Shown piece by piece: positions 25,785 to 36,186 of a stretch of DNA of 42,173 nucleotides. The translations under genes and the position numbers were made by a program. Positions within the stretch are counted from its first letter, which is position 1, and each line of letters begins with the position of its first letter. Under the pieces are notes generated by a model, which made no database searches, was not told the DNA's origin, and saw only the letters and a program-made list of their open reading frames with translations. Where the stretch lies: assembly GCA_963845755.1 (NCBI GenBank), contig CAWJTV010000046.1:1-42173 (forward strand), given 5' to 3'. Source of the DNA: an uncultured Planctomycetota bacterium (GTDB lineage: Bacteria > Planctomycetota > Planctomycetia > Isosphaerales > Isosphaeraceae).

Positions 25785-26147
25785 GGCGGCCTCCGGGGTG
25801 ATGATCCCGACGGTCAGAGCGGGTCGCAATGGGAAGAAGGACAACCCGCTGACGGAGTCTCACTCCTTCGAGGGAACAAGATGGCACAATGCAACTCCTG
25901 GGGCGTCGAGCGATGAAAGACCTTCTGCCTTGATTGCGGCATTGACCCGACTCGAAGATAGCACGAAACCGTTGCTCCTGACCAAGGGGCGCATTGTGAC
26001 GAGTCCACCTGTATCCTATGGGGAGGATCCCTGACCCAGGCCGGCGATCCTGACGAATCGCCGGAACCACGATCGTCAGTACCGATAGCAAACAGGAACC
26101 GAGGAGTCCATATCGTAAATGGAGGTGACGGGGAGTCCCGACCCTCG

Positions 26148-27008
26148 TTGGCCAGAACCTACCCGATGATCGCCCTTTGGGCCTCGGGCTACGGCTGGGT
26201 CGAGTTCGGTATCGACGGCCTCGACCGCCCATTCGTACGGGCTTTGGATGAGGGCGGGCTCGTCTGGGAAGGTCAGGGCCGTTACAAGACACTCGACGAG
26301 GCCCTCTGGGACCTGGAGGATGGGCTCGCCCGCTTTATGGAGGAGGAAGGCTTGATGAGAAAGCTCACTGCCCAGCCGAAGACTCCCGGACGAGCGGGCA
26401 AGAAACCCCGTGGCGCCAGGGTCGGTTCGGAGAAAGTACCACATCGGACCGACGACCATCCGGCGATCAAGAAGGTCGAGAAGCTCGAAGCAATTGCCGA
26501 GGCGCTTCGGCGAGGCGAGCAATTCTCCATCACCCGTCTGACGACGATCAAGGGCCTCTGTGACGATGCGAAGGCCGCCGGGGCCTTCGCCCTGTTCCTG
26601 GCTCGCAAGGTCCAGAAAAAGATGCGGGAGAATCAGGGTGAGAAGCGCTACCGTGCATTGGTCAACCGGGGCGTCAAGGAGATGAAATCCTTCCTGGACG
26701 ATCCCTCCGAGGAACGAAGGGTCCGGCTCCATTCCCTGTACCACGAGATGGTTGGCGAACAGAACGAGCATCGGAACATAAGCTGGGGTGCGGTTCGAAT
26801 CATTCACAGTAGGGACCTGCTCGTGGCCGAGAAGGCTCTGCGAGCCATCCTGGAACCCGACGAGGCCCCGTCCTGGCTCTACCATGCTGCCCGAGACTAT
26901 TCGGAGCGCTATAACCCCCGCTTCGGGAATGGGCTGATTCCCGACTCGGTCCCGATGGTCGAAGAGATTGCCGGGTTCTGGCGGAAACACTATGGCGTCC
27001 AACGATGA
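26148..27008 (+). CDS. Hypothetical protein, apparently two domains joined by a basic linker
   Basis: Intact 286-aa ORF with globular composition. The start codon is uncertain. Confidence 0.6.
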   Translation: MARTYPMIALWASGYGWVEFGIDGLDRPFVRALDEGGLVWEGQGRYKTLDEALWDLEDGLARFMEEEGLMRKLTAQPKTPGRAGKKPRGARVGSEKVPHRTDDHPAIKKVEKLEAIAEALRRGEQFSITRLTTIKGLCDDAKAAGAFALFLARKVQKKMRENQGEKRYRALVNRGVKEMKSFLDDPSEERRVRLHSLYHEMVGEQNEHRNISWGAVRIIHSRDLLVAEKALRAILEPDEAPSWLYHAARDYSERYNPRFGNGLIPDSVPMVEEIAGFWRKHYGVQR

Positions 27009-27101
27009 GGCGATTGTTCCATTTCATCGACCTGGGGGTCGAACCGTCATCTCGATCCTTCGCGCGAGCCCGACCGACCCGTTCGTGCGGTGACGATCCG
27101 G

Positions 27102-28633
27102 GGGTGAGCGTCTTTCAAGTGGCAAACGATCACGCGGCCTTCCGTCGGCGGTTGGCCCAGAACGCCTCCCATTGTCCTTTCTCGCTCAGAAGGAGGGCTC
27201 GCAGATGGCAGACCGCATCGGCTCCCTCATGACCCCACCGCATCCCCGAGCCCTTCATCCTCTGCCCGATGACCGTCTTGCACGCCGACTCGACCGGACC
27301 CGAGCCGATTTGCCACCCCCGGGCTCGATAGCTCGGATAGTCCATCCGGTGGTGATGGTTCCGGAAGTAGACGACGATCTCCTCCCAGGCCGGCCGCGCC
27401 CGCGGATTGGCCTGGATATCCAAGCCCTCGAGCCATCCCAGGATCGCCGCCCCACCCTCGTGTTTGAGCCGGTGGGCCCACGCCGCGTGCGCCGCCTCGG
27501 CGGCCGCGGCGTCGCCGCACCACGCCTTGGCGAAATCTCCCAGGTGTTCCGAGGCGTGGTAGAAGTCCAGGATCACCGCGTCGAGCCGGCCGAAGTACGC
27601 CCGGAGCAAATCTTCCAGCCCCGCCCCGCCATCGCTGAGGGCGATCCACCGCTGCGCCTGGCCCATGCCGACTTGGCCCGCCTGCTCGGCGCAACGGCTC
27701 GGCCACGGCCTCTTGGCCCTCCAGGCTGGCCACGTAGCGGGCCTGCCACGGCGGTCGCGGACCGTTGGGGTGGGCCCACTGGCGGGGATCTTCCGGGATC
27801 GGGTTGTAAACCATCCCTACGGCGACCATCTCTCCCTCGGCCGCCGCACCACCTGGCCCCTGCTTGGCGATCCCGGTCAGGTCCAGCGACACAGAGGCGC
27901 AGGTCTTCCCCTCCGCGTCGCGATGCCAGTCCCAGGGCCGGGCCTCACTGAAGGCGACTTTCGCCTCCGTCGCTTGACCCAGTTCGATGCCGATCGCTTC
28001 GGTCGTACGCTCCACCGTCGATTCGGCGATCGACAGGCCGCTCATCTTGGAGAGGACCACCTCGGCGGCGCGAGCGAAGTTGTCCAAGGTCCCCGCCAAG
28101 CTCGTCAACTCGGCGGCACCGGAGGTCAGGTCCGACTTGTCCAGGCCGAAGAGGGCGTCGCCGGGACAGTGGCCTTGGTGGCAGTGGGGGCAGTGATAAT
28201 AGGCTCGTTCGACGGTCAGCGGCCCCAGGACCGAGAGCAGGCCCTTGCTCCGATAGCCCTTGAACCGAGTGGCCTGTTGGCAGTGGGGGCAGGTCATGCT
28301 CGAGCCTTGGTACCCCCTTTTTTCCGCTGCTCGGCAGCGGTCTGGAGTGCTTCGGCGCCCAGGCGATGGACGAGCTTGCGCAGATCGAACTCGGTCTGGC
28401 CGAAAAGTTGGTCGTCGGGCCGGGTGGCCAGGAGTTCGGCGATGGCCTTGAGATCGGGTTCGGTGGCCGCCTTGAGAGCCTCGTACAACTGTTCGGTACG
28501 TCGGGCCTGCTCTTCGGGGAGATGGGCAAAGGACATGGGGAGCCTCCGTGAACAAAGGACTACTGAATCGAGACCAATCCATCAGAGACCTCTGTTCTAC
28601 GAAATTTTCCACCCACTTTCGAGACGCCCACCC
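27102..28633 (-). mobile_element. Complete ISKra4-family insertion sequence (1532 bp)
   Basis: Imperfect 21-bp terminal IRs (27102-27122 GGGTGAGCGTCTTTCAAGTGG vs reverse complement of 28613-28633 GGGTGGGCGTCTCGAAAGTGG; 17/21). Flanked by the 9-bp direct repeat ACGATCCGG (27093-27101, 28634-28642). Confidence 0.93.
27130..28536 (-). CDS. ISKra4-family DDE transposase; -1 frameshift at A6G5 (28313-28323) and a second shift at ~27690
   Basis: Zn-finger 'CPHC...RAYYHCPHC', 'SLDLTG', 'LSDGGAGL', 'ILDFYHASEHL', 'IGSGPVESACKTVIGQRMKGSGMRW'. Confidence 0.9.
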
Positions 28634-28836
28634 ACGATCCGGCGACCTTTGGTATGCGTCTTGATCTCGCCCAGCCAATCGGTTGGAATAACGGGCGGGG
28701 GCGTTGAGATGCGGCGATCCTGCGTATTGGGTTGACCCTGATCGGGGATCGTCTGATGATGTCACCTCGAAGAACGGCCTCGTTTTGGACGAGCGTGGTA
28801 CATCGACCCAGATGTCTTGAACCGGGGAGAACGACG

Positions 28837-29975
28837 ATGGACGGAAATCGCGGATCTCGGATCATCGCGATGCTCGCGATGTTCGCGATCGTCGGCAACT
28901 TCGCTTTGGGGCAGGCCCAAGCCGGGGATCAAGCTCAATGGGACGGCAAGTCCGCGGCGAAGTATCTCGACGCGCGGGCCACGGAGTGGGCCAAGTTCGG
29001 GGGCTCCCACCGAGGTCAAGGTAAGGACAAGGTCTCCTGCGTCAGTTGCCATACGATGCTGTCGTACGCCTTTGGCCGGCCCGCGGTGCGTCACATGGAA
29101 GGCGACGGTCGCCCGACCGCCCAGGAGGATCAGATGCTGGAGAACGTCCGGCACCGCGTGGCCAACTGGAAAGAACTCGACACCTCGCGGTTCAAGCTCT
29201 CCTACGACCACGACCCGAAAAAGAAGCTCGAATCGTGGGGCACCGAGTCGGTCTTGAACGCCTTGCTCCTCTCCTTGAACGACCGTCGCCTCGGGCTGCC
29301 GGCTCCGAGCGATTCAACGCGCGAAGCGCTCCACAACCTCTGGGGCAAGCAGCAGGTTGACGGGCCGGACGCGGGATCCTGGAACTGGCTCGACTTCGGA
29401 CTCCGTCCCTGGGAGGCGAGTGAATCCCGCTACTACGGGGCGGCCCTCGCCGCCATCGCGGTGGGGTCTGCGCCCGGCTACCTCAACGCGAAGTCGGACT
29501 CGGAATTGGAAACCGGCGTTCGACCGGCTCCGTCGCTACGTTCGCAGCCACGTCGAGAAGCAGAACCTTCATAATCGCATCTGGACGCTCTGGGCGTTCG
29601 ACACTCGTCGACGGCTTCCTGACCGGCAGCGAGCGAGACCAGCTCGTCGCCCAGGTCCTGGCGAAGCAGCAGGACAGCGGTGGCTGGAACCTGGCGTCGT
29701 TCGGCGAGTTCAAGCGGCAGGATAACACCCCTCAAGAAACCGGGCCGGACGGATATGCCACCGGCCTGGCCCTGCACACCCTCCAGCTCGCCGGGGTCCC
29801 CAAGGATCATCCCCAGATCGCGAAGGGGCTAACGTGGCTGCGGACCCACCAGCAGGAGTCGGGGGCCTGGGTGGCCCAGTCACTCAACAAGCGCCGCGAT
29901 CCGGCCTCGCACGCGGGTAAGTTCATGACCGACGCGGCGACGGCGTTCGCCCTCCTCGCTCTCGACCATCCGTGA
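28837..29975 (+). CDS. Secreted prenyltransferase/squalene-cyclase-like repeat protein with CxxCH; frameshifts at ~29520 and ~29600
   Basis: Signal peptide, 'SCVSCH', QW-like repeats 'KQQVDGPDAGSW', 'KQQDSGGW', 'THQQESGAW'; ends 'SLNKRRDPASHAGKFMTDAATAFALLAL'. Confidence 0.7.
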
Positions 29976-30028
29976 CCGTTTCGGCCACGTTGTCCCGGCA
30001 CATCATGAGAGCGCATTTGGAAACCGCG

Positions 30029-33000
30029 ATGAATCCGAATCCCGAGGGATGTGAGTCCGGCTCGTGCGGCTGTGGCCCTTCGTCGGTGCCGCGCCGCGAG
30101 TTCCTCGCGCTCTCGGGGCTGGGGCTGGCCGGGCTCTTCACGGCCGGTGAGGCGGTTGCGGGGCCTTTCGATACTCAGGAATTCGAGGCGCTCATCCCGC
30201 CCGACAAGAAGTTCAAGGCCCAGTGGCTCGCGCAGCTCACGGCGCGGGGTACGCCCGAGACGTACACCGGCGCCGACCTTCGGTTCATCGGCATGCCGGT
30301 CGGAGGCATCTGCACCGGCACCCTCTACCTCTCGGGCGACGGCCGGCTCTGGCTCTGGAACATCTTCAACAAGGAAGTGCTGGGAATCGACCCGAAGCCG
30401 GTGACCTACGCCGGCCGTCGGCTGACGCCGATGGACGGCTCGGCCTATGTCGCACCGGCCGAGCCGATGGGGCCGGTCGGCCAGGGGTTCTGGGTGCGGG
30501 TCCATTCGGCCGGCGGCGCGAAGACGGTCACGCTCGACCGCAACGGGTTTCGCGAGGTCACGTTCCTCGGCCAGTACCCGGTCGGCACCGTGACCTACCG
30601 CGACGCCGACGTCCCGGTATCAGCCCGGCTCGAAGCCTATTCACCGTTCATCCCGCTCGATGCGGCGGACTCGGGTCTGCCGGCCACGGTGATGAGTTTC
30701 ACCCTGACGAACGAATCGCGCGCCGACGTGGAGTTCACGATCGCCGGCTGGCTCGAGAACGCCGTCGGGCTCGACCACCGCGACCTCCCCGGCACGCGCC
30801 GGAACCGGATCACCGACGACCCGGGGTTCACCTTCCTCGAATGCTCGGCCGCGAAGGCGGAGAAATCCGCCACGCCCGCGAAGCCCGATGTCGTCTTCGA
30901 AGATTGGTCGCACGACACTTACGCGGGATGGACGGTCGAGGGGACGGCGTTCGGCCACGGGCCGGTCCTCAAGACCGAGATCCCGGCTTATCAGGGCGAC
31001 GTCGGGGGCCCCGGCGCCCGGGTGGTCAACTCGCACGCGACCGCCCCGGGCGACGACATCGGCGCCAAGGACGACCAGACCGGCAAGCTGACCAGCCGGC
31101 CCTTCGCCATCGAGCGGAACTACCTCCAGCTCTGGATCGGCGGCGGCAACCACGCCGGGGAGACGTGCGTCAACCTGCGGGTCGACGGCCAGGTCGTCCG
31201 CTCCGTCACCGGCCGCTCGGACAACCGGATGCACCTGGAGTCGCTCAACCTCCGACCCTGGCTCGGAAAGTCGGCCGTCCTGGAGATCGTTGACGCGCGG
31301 AAAGGCAGTTGGGGGAATATCGGTGTCGGGCGCATCACGTTCAGCGACGTACCCCCGGACCTGGGGCCATTCGAAGACCTGTCCGACATCGGGACCATGG
31401 GCCTGGCCCTGCTCGGCCGGAGCGCCGATCATCGCGTGCCGGGGGCCGGTCTCAACGGGCTCGATGGCCAGCCCGGCAACGCGACCGAGGTTCCCCTCGA
31501 TGCCAGGCTCTTCGGGTCAATCGGCCGGACGTTGACGCTGAAGCCGGGCGAGTCGGCTACGGTTCCCTTCGTGGTCGCCTGGCATTTTCCCAACCTCACG
31601 CTCGCCGGGCGGCTGAAGGGGCGATACTACGCCTCGAGGTTCCCGACCGCGGCGGCGGTCGTCCGTTACGTCGCCGAGAACTTCGACCGGCTCTCCTCGG
31701 TCACCAAGCTCTGGCGCGATACCTGGTACGACTCGACGCTCCCCTACTGGTTCCTGAATCGCACGTTCGCCAATACGTCGATCCTCGCGACGACGACCTG
31801 CTACCGGCTGGCCGACGGCCGGTTCTGGGCATGGGAGGGCGTGGGTTGCTGCCCCGGCACCTGCACCCACGTCTGGCACTACGCCCAGGCGATGGGCCGC
31901 ATCTTCCCCGAACTGGAGCGCGACCTGCGCGAGCGCGTCGATTTCGGCCTCTCGCTCGACCGGCGGACCGGCGTCATCCGGTTCCGGGGTGAGTACGGCG
32001 ATACGTTCGCCGTGGATGGCCAGTGTGGCACGATCCTGCGGGCCTACCGCGAACACCAGATGTCGACCGACGACCGGTTCTTGAAACGGAACTGGCCGGG
32101 GATCCGGCGCGCCCTGCAATGCGTGATCGACCGGGACATCGACGGCTCCGGCGTCCTGCGCGGGACGATGCACAACACTCTCGACGCCGACTGGTACGGG
32201 GTCGTGCCCTGGTTGGTCGGGCTCTACCACGCCGCGCTGCGGGCCGGTGAGGCGATGGCCAATGAAGTCGGCGATTCGGAGTTCGCCCGGACCTGCCGCG
32301 CCCGATTCGAAAAGGGGCTCGTCAACCTCGACAGGCTGACCTGGCGTGAAGAGAAGGGCTACTACGTCCACGTCGGCGACCCGAAGCACCTGGCCGAGGT
32401 CGGGTCGTACGACGGCTGCGAGATCGACCAGGTCTTCGGCCAGTCGTGGGCCTGGCAGGTCGGGTTGGGACGGGTGATGGACGAGGCGCACGTCAAGCGG
32501 GCGCTCCGCTCGCTCTGGCGGTTCAGCGTGACGCCCGACGTCGGGCCCTATCGAAAGGTAAATCAGGCCGGCCGATGGTACGCGATGCCGGGCGACGGCG
32601 GTCTGGTGATGGTCACGTTCCCGTTCGGCCGGCCGCCTCAGGTTTCCGGCCCGGGGGCGTGGTCGGCCATGTACTTCAACGAGTGCATGACCGGTTTCGA
32701 ATGGCAGGTCGCCTCCCACATGATCTGGGAAGGGATGGTCACCGAGGGGTTGGCCGTCGCCCGGCTCATCCACGACCGTTATCATCCCCGGCTGCGAAAC
32801 CCCTACAACGAGGTCGAGTGCAGCGACCACTATGCCCGCTCGATGGCCAGTTACGGCGCGTTCCTCGCCGCCTGCGGATTTGAGTATCACGGGCCCAAAG
32901 GCCATATCGGCTTTGCTCCCCGGTTGAGCCCCGACGATTTCCGGGCCCCATTCCTATCCGCCGAAGCCTGGGGATCCTATGAGCAGAAACGCGAGGGCGG

Positions 33001-33229
33001 TCGACTCACGGCGGCGCTTCGCCCCAGGCACGGCACGGTCCGGCTCACGACCTTCGCCCTGGAAATCCCGGCGGGCACAACAGTCGGGGCGGTCGATGTC
33101 AGGTCGAACGGGGAGAATGTCGCTGCGACCTTTTCCCAGACCGGACCGAGGGTGGTCGTCACGTTTCCGGGCGAGGTTCGGGTCGGGGCCGGGCAGGCGG
33201 TCGAGCTGACCGTCGATCCCGCACGATGA
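30029..33229 (+). CDS. Tat-exported GH116 glycoside hydrolase with an inserted CBM-like domain
   Basis: 'RREFL', 'GMPVGGICTG', 'YSPFIP', 'WAWEG...GTCTHVWHY', 'HNTLD', 'DQVFGQ', 'NEVECSDHYARSM'; intact. Confidence 0.9.
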   Translation: MNPNPEGCESGSCGCGPSSVPRREFLALSGLGLAGLFTAGEAVAGPFDTQEFEALIPPDKKFKAQWLAQLTARGTPETYTGADLRFIGMPVGGICTGTLYLSGDGRLWLWNIFNKEVLGIDPKPVTYAGRRLTPMDGSAYVAPAEPMGPVGQGFWVRVHSAGGAKTVTLDRNGFREVTFLGQYPVGTVTYRDADVPVSARLEAYSPFIPLDAADSGLPATVMSFTLTNESRADVEFTIAGWLENAVGLDHRDLPGTRRNRITDDPGFTFLECSAAKAEKSATPAKPDVVFEDWSHDTYAGWTVEGTAFGHGPVLKTEIPAYQGDVGGPGARVVNSHATAPGDDIGAKDDQTGKLTSRPFAIERNYLQLWIGGGNHAGETCVNLRVDGQVVRSVTGRSDNRMHLESLNLRPWLGKSAVLEIVDARKGSWGNIGVGRITFSDVPPDLGPFEDLSDIGTMGLALLGRSADHRVPGAGLNGLDGQPGNATEVPLDARLFGSIGRTLTLKPGESATVPFVVAWHFPNLTLAGRLKGRYYASRFPTAAAVVRYVAENFDRLSSVTKLWRDTWYDSTLPYWFLNRTFANTSILATTTCYRLADGRFWAWEGVGCCPGTCTHVWHYAQAMGRIFPELERDLRERVDFGLSLDRRTGVIRFRGEYGDTFAVDGQCGTILRAYREHQMSTDDRFLKRNWPGIRRALQCVIDRDIDGSGVLRGTMHNTLDADWYGVVPWLVGLYHAALRAGEAMANEVGDSEFARTCRARFEKGLVNLDRLTWREEKGYYVHVGDPKHLAEVGSYDGCEIDQVFGQSWAWQVGLGRVMDEAHVKRALRSLWRFSVTPDVGPYRKVNQAGRWYAMPGDGGLVMVTFPFGRPPQVSGPGAWSAMYFNECMTGFEWQVASHMIWEGMVTEGLAVARLIHDRYHPRLRNPYNEVECSDHYARSMASYGAFLAACGFEYHGPKGHIGFAPRLSPDDFRAPFLSAEAWGSYEQKREGGRLTAALRPRHGTVRLTTFALEIPAGTTVGAVDVRSNGENVAATFSQTGPRVVVTFPGEVRVGAGQAVELTVDPAR

Positions 33230-33277
33230 GCCGGTAACCTGTCTGCGCCCGCATATCCCGGACCCTCGCGAGGATGG

Positions 33278-33496
33278 TCACCCTCCGCCCGCGATTGCCC
33301 TGACATCAGCCGTGGTCAGGGCTTTCCCTCCGATGCCCCAACTCCCGCTCTTGACCTCCTCGACGAGGACCCAGGTGACCTCACGCATCGTCTCGCCTTC
33401 GATGGAAACCATGGCATCGGTAAGCTTACGAATCATCTCCTGCTTCTGTTCGTCCGAGAAGACACCTTCGAGGACCTTGACCTGAACCAGTGGCAT
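33278..33496 (-). CDS. 4-oxalocrotonate tautomerase family protein
   Basis: Catalytic Pro1 'MPLVQVKVLEG', 'WVLVEEVKSGSWGIGG'. Confidence 0.9.
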   Translation of the reverse strand: MPLVQVKVLEGVFSDEQKQEMIRKLTDAMVSIEGETMREVTWVLVEEVKSGSWGIGGKALTTADVRAIAGGG

Positions 33497-33962
33497 GGCA
33501 ACCCTCCGCGTTGAGCCGGGATTTCCCGGATGAGTCCCGACCGAACCGCTCAGTCGCTCCATCCGGTTGCTTCCCCCCGGCCATTGGAGCCGAAAGTCCC
33601 GGTCCGATCAACACAAGAACCGCCGACCCACGGCGCTGCCGAGGGCCGCCGCCGCATCCTGGGCGACGGCCCTGTCAGGGAGGCGGTCCACCAGATGGAC
33701 ACCCCACTCCTCTCATCGCCCCTTCTCCATGTCGGGCAATCTCCGCATTACTTGCTTTCCTGGCTTTCTCGTTCTAGTTCTTCTCGGTGAGACGTTCTGC
33801 GATCGTCGTCTTGATCGTTCTGATGGGCCGATCGAAGGGGTTCTTCAGGGAAGACTTCGCTCCGAATCGTCTTGAGGACACCCGAGCGCGCGCGTGTACG
33901 GTGAGGTCGATGCCGATTGGAAAAACGGCGCGCGCACGCCATCTCGAAATGGAGGATGATTC

Positions 33963-35360
33963 ATGGTGACACCGAGTTGTGTGAATCGCTTGCGATCTGG
34001 GCTTTCGAATCGGATGGCTCGCCCGAGACGTCGATCGGTCCGGCATTCGCGTCAGTGCGGCCTCGAGGTTCTGGAGAGCCGGCAACTCCTGTCCACCTTC
34101 ACGGTGACGAACCTCCATGATTTCGGAGCGGGTTCACTGCGCCGCGCGATCATCGCATCCAACGAGCGGCCGGGGATCGACACGATTGACCTGAAGGTCT
34201 CCGGTTCGATCCAGGCCGGACAAAAGGCGCTGCCCGCGATCAAGGAGAGCGTGAACGTCATCGGCAACCAGGGACAGGCCGTGCGGATCGATGTCTCGTC
34301 ACATCACCATCGGTTCAAGCAGGACCAGCAATCGACGAGCGTCACCTATTACAACGCGAACAACGTGAGCATCCAGCCCGTCACGGGCTGGCAGGGTATC
34401 CGTGGCGCCGGGGTGGAGGGGAAGTATCTGATCGCCGGCACTTCGACCTCGAATGGCCTCCTGACGATCGGTTCCATCAAAGGCATCGGGACGAGTTATG
34501 GTGTGGTTTATCCCAACGCCTACAACACCAGTGTTTATGGACCGAACTGGATGGGTGGCGGTCAAATCCAACTGGTCGGCTCCTACAAGAACGCCGATTA
34601 CTCGACGGCCGCGGTGGCGGTCCACGGTTTCCTCTTCCAGGGTTCGACCGCCGAACTGTCCTCAGCCGGATCGTACCGCACGATCGATTACCCCGGCGCG
34701 ACCTACAATTACGTCCATAGTACGATGGGCGGCCTGGCCGTGGGCAACTACGACGGCCCGACCTCCAGTGGACTGCCCCTGGGACCGGGCCAGTGCTACA
34801 TCTACAATACTGCGACGAGTCAGTTCCTCACGAACATCGTTTTTCCGGGCTCGATCAGCAATACCGCCTACGGGATCTGGTACAATGGCGGCCACAGCTA
34901 CACCATCTGCGGCGGATACAGCAATGTCTCCACGAATAACATGGCCGATCAGAACCAGCCGATCGGCCAGGCGTACCTCGTCGATTATAACTCGGCCACA
35001 GGCCGGTTCTCACACTGGACGTCGTTCAGCTACCCCAGTGGGGTCCTGGGTACCAACTTTATCACGCACTTCGAAGGAATCAGCAGCGTGAAGAGGGGCG
35101 TTTACACGCTCAGTGCCATGTCGGTCCAGACCGGATCCTCCAACTTAACCCAGGGCTCGATGGTGACCGTTCGGCGCAAGCTCAACGGCCGGTTCAGCCG
35201 CGGGTCGTGGGTGAATCTGAACTACCCCGGCGTCAAGGGCCTGACCACCTCGGATTCGGTCTACGGCAATCAGGTGGTTGGGATCGTCCTCGGCGCGAAC
35301 ACGAGCGACGTCTCGACGACCGAATTCGCGTACCAGGCGACGGTCCACACCAAGGACTGA
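33963..35360 (+). CDS. Planctomycete-type exported protein
   Basis: GGAGG before ATG; 'LEVLESRQLLSTFTVTNL.D.GAGSLR.AI' followed by a Tyr/Gly/Asn-rich repeated domain. Confidence 0.75.
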   Translation: MVTPSCVNRLRSGLSNRMARPRRRSVRHSRQCGLEVLESRQLLSTFTVTNLHDFGAGSLRRAIIASNERPGIDTIDLKVSGSIQAGQKALPAIKESVNVIGNQGQAVRIDVSSHHHRFKQDQQSTSVTYYNANNVSIQPVTGWQGIRGAGVEGKYLIAGTSTSNGLLTIGSIKGIGTSYGVVYPNAYNTSVYGPNWMGGGQIQLVGSYKNADYSTAAVAVHGFLFQGSTAELSSAGSYRTIDYPGATYNYVHSTMGGLAVGNYDGPTSSGLPLGPGQCYIYNTATSQFLTNIVFPGSISNTAYGIWYNGGHSYTICGGYSNVSTNNMADQNQPIGQAYLVDYNSATGRFSHWTSFSYPSGVLGTNFITHFEGISSVKRGVYTLSAMSVQTGSSNLTQGSMVTVRRKLNGRFSRGSWVNLNYPGVKGLTTSDSVYGNQVVGIVLGANTSDVSTTEFAYQATVHTKD

Positions 35361-35544
35361 CCCTCCCTTCACGGGGCCGACGGCCCTCGGATCGCCCGGC
35401 TGACAACAGAACGCTTGCCAGCAACGCGAACCGACGCGGCCCTGCGAATCCCGGCCATCTCGCCACAGTCTTCGCGGCGCGGTATTCTCATCGGCTGTCG
35501 ATGGACAGGCGGTGACTCGAGTACCGGGCCGCGGGGGTTGTATC

Positions 35545-36186
35545 ATGCCAAGGAGGAATCGGGTCACGCCGTTCGGCGAGATCGTCGCCGTGCCGGAGCG
35601 GGGGACGATGATGGGCAACCGGGGTATCCTCCACGATGCCGACGGCCGGATTCGCCGGCCCTGGGCGGTGAAGCGGTGGCTGCTTTGCGTGCTCGAGTTC
35701 AACGGGCGGCATCGGACGGTCATGGCCCCGAACCGCTACACCGAGCTCTTCTTCCTCGACGAGGCCACGGGCCTGGCCGCCGGTCATCGCCCGTGCTTCG
35801 AATGCCGCCGGAGCCGATACCTGGCCTTCCGGGACGCCTGGGCCGCGGGGAACCCCGAAACCGTCGGGCCTGAGCCAATCCGGGCGGACGACATGGACGA
35901 CCGGCTGCATGCCGAGCGGGTCGGATCGGATCGCTCGAAACGCACCGAGCGTGCGAAGCTCGACGACCTGCCGGACGGCGTGTTCGTCAGCCTCGGCGGC
36001 CAGGAGGGAGAGACCTGCCTGATCTGGGGTAACGAACTCCTCGTCTGGTCCGCGAGGGGCTATCGAGAACGACGTCGCAGGCCGCGGGGCGAGGTCGTGA
36101 CCGTCCTCACGCCGGGATCGACCGTGGCGCGATCCGGTCGGGCTACGTGCCCCAGATCCATCCCTCGGCGCGGAGGCCGTGAATGA
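35545..36186 (+). CDS. Conserved hypothetical protein with an Ada-like metal-binding motif; small frameshifts at ~36130-36155
   Basis: 'NRVTPFG', 'GNRGILH', 'YTELFFLDEAT.LAAGHRPCFECRR'. The alternative frame gives 'AIRSGYVP' near the end. Confidence 0.7.
   Translation: MPRRNRVTPFGEIVAVPERGTMMGNRGILHDADGRIRRPWAVKRWLLCVLEFNGRHRTVMAPNRYTELFFLDEATGLAAGHRPCFECRRSRYLAFRDAWAAGNPETVGPEPIRADDMDDRLHAERVGSDRSKRTERAKLDDLPDGVFVSLGGQEGETCLIWGNELLVWSARGYRERRRRPRGEVVTVLTPGSTVARSGRATCPRSIPRRGGRE

Noticed and set aside
27227..28765. 512-aa ORF as a single transposase
   Set aside because: It runs past the IS end. Only the middle part (~28320-27690) is in the transposase frame.
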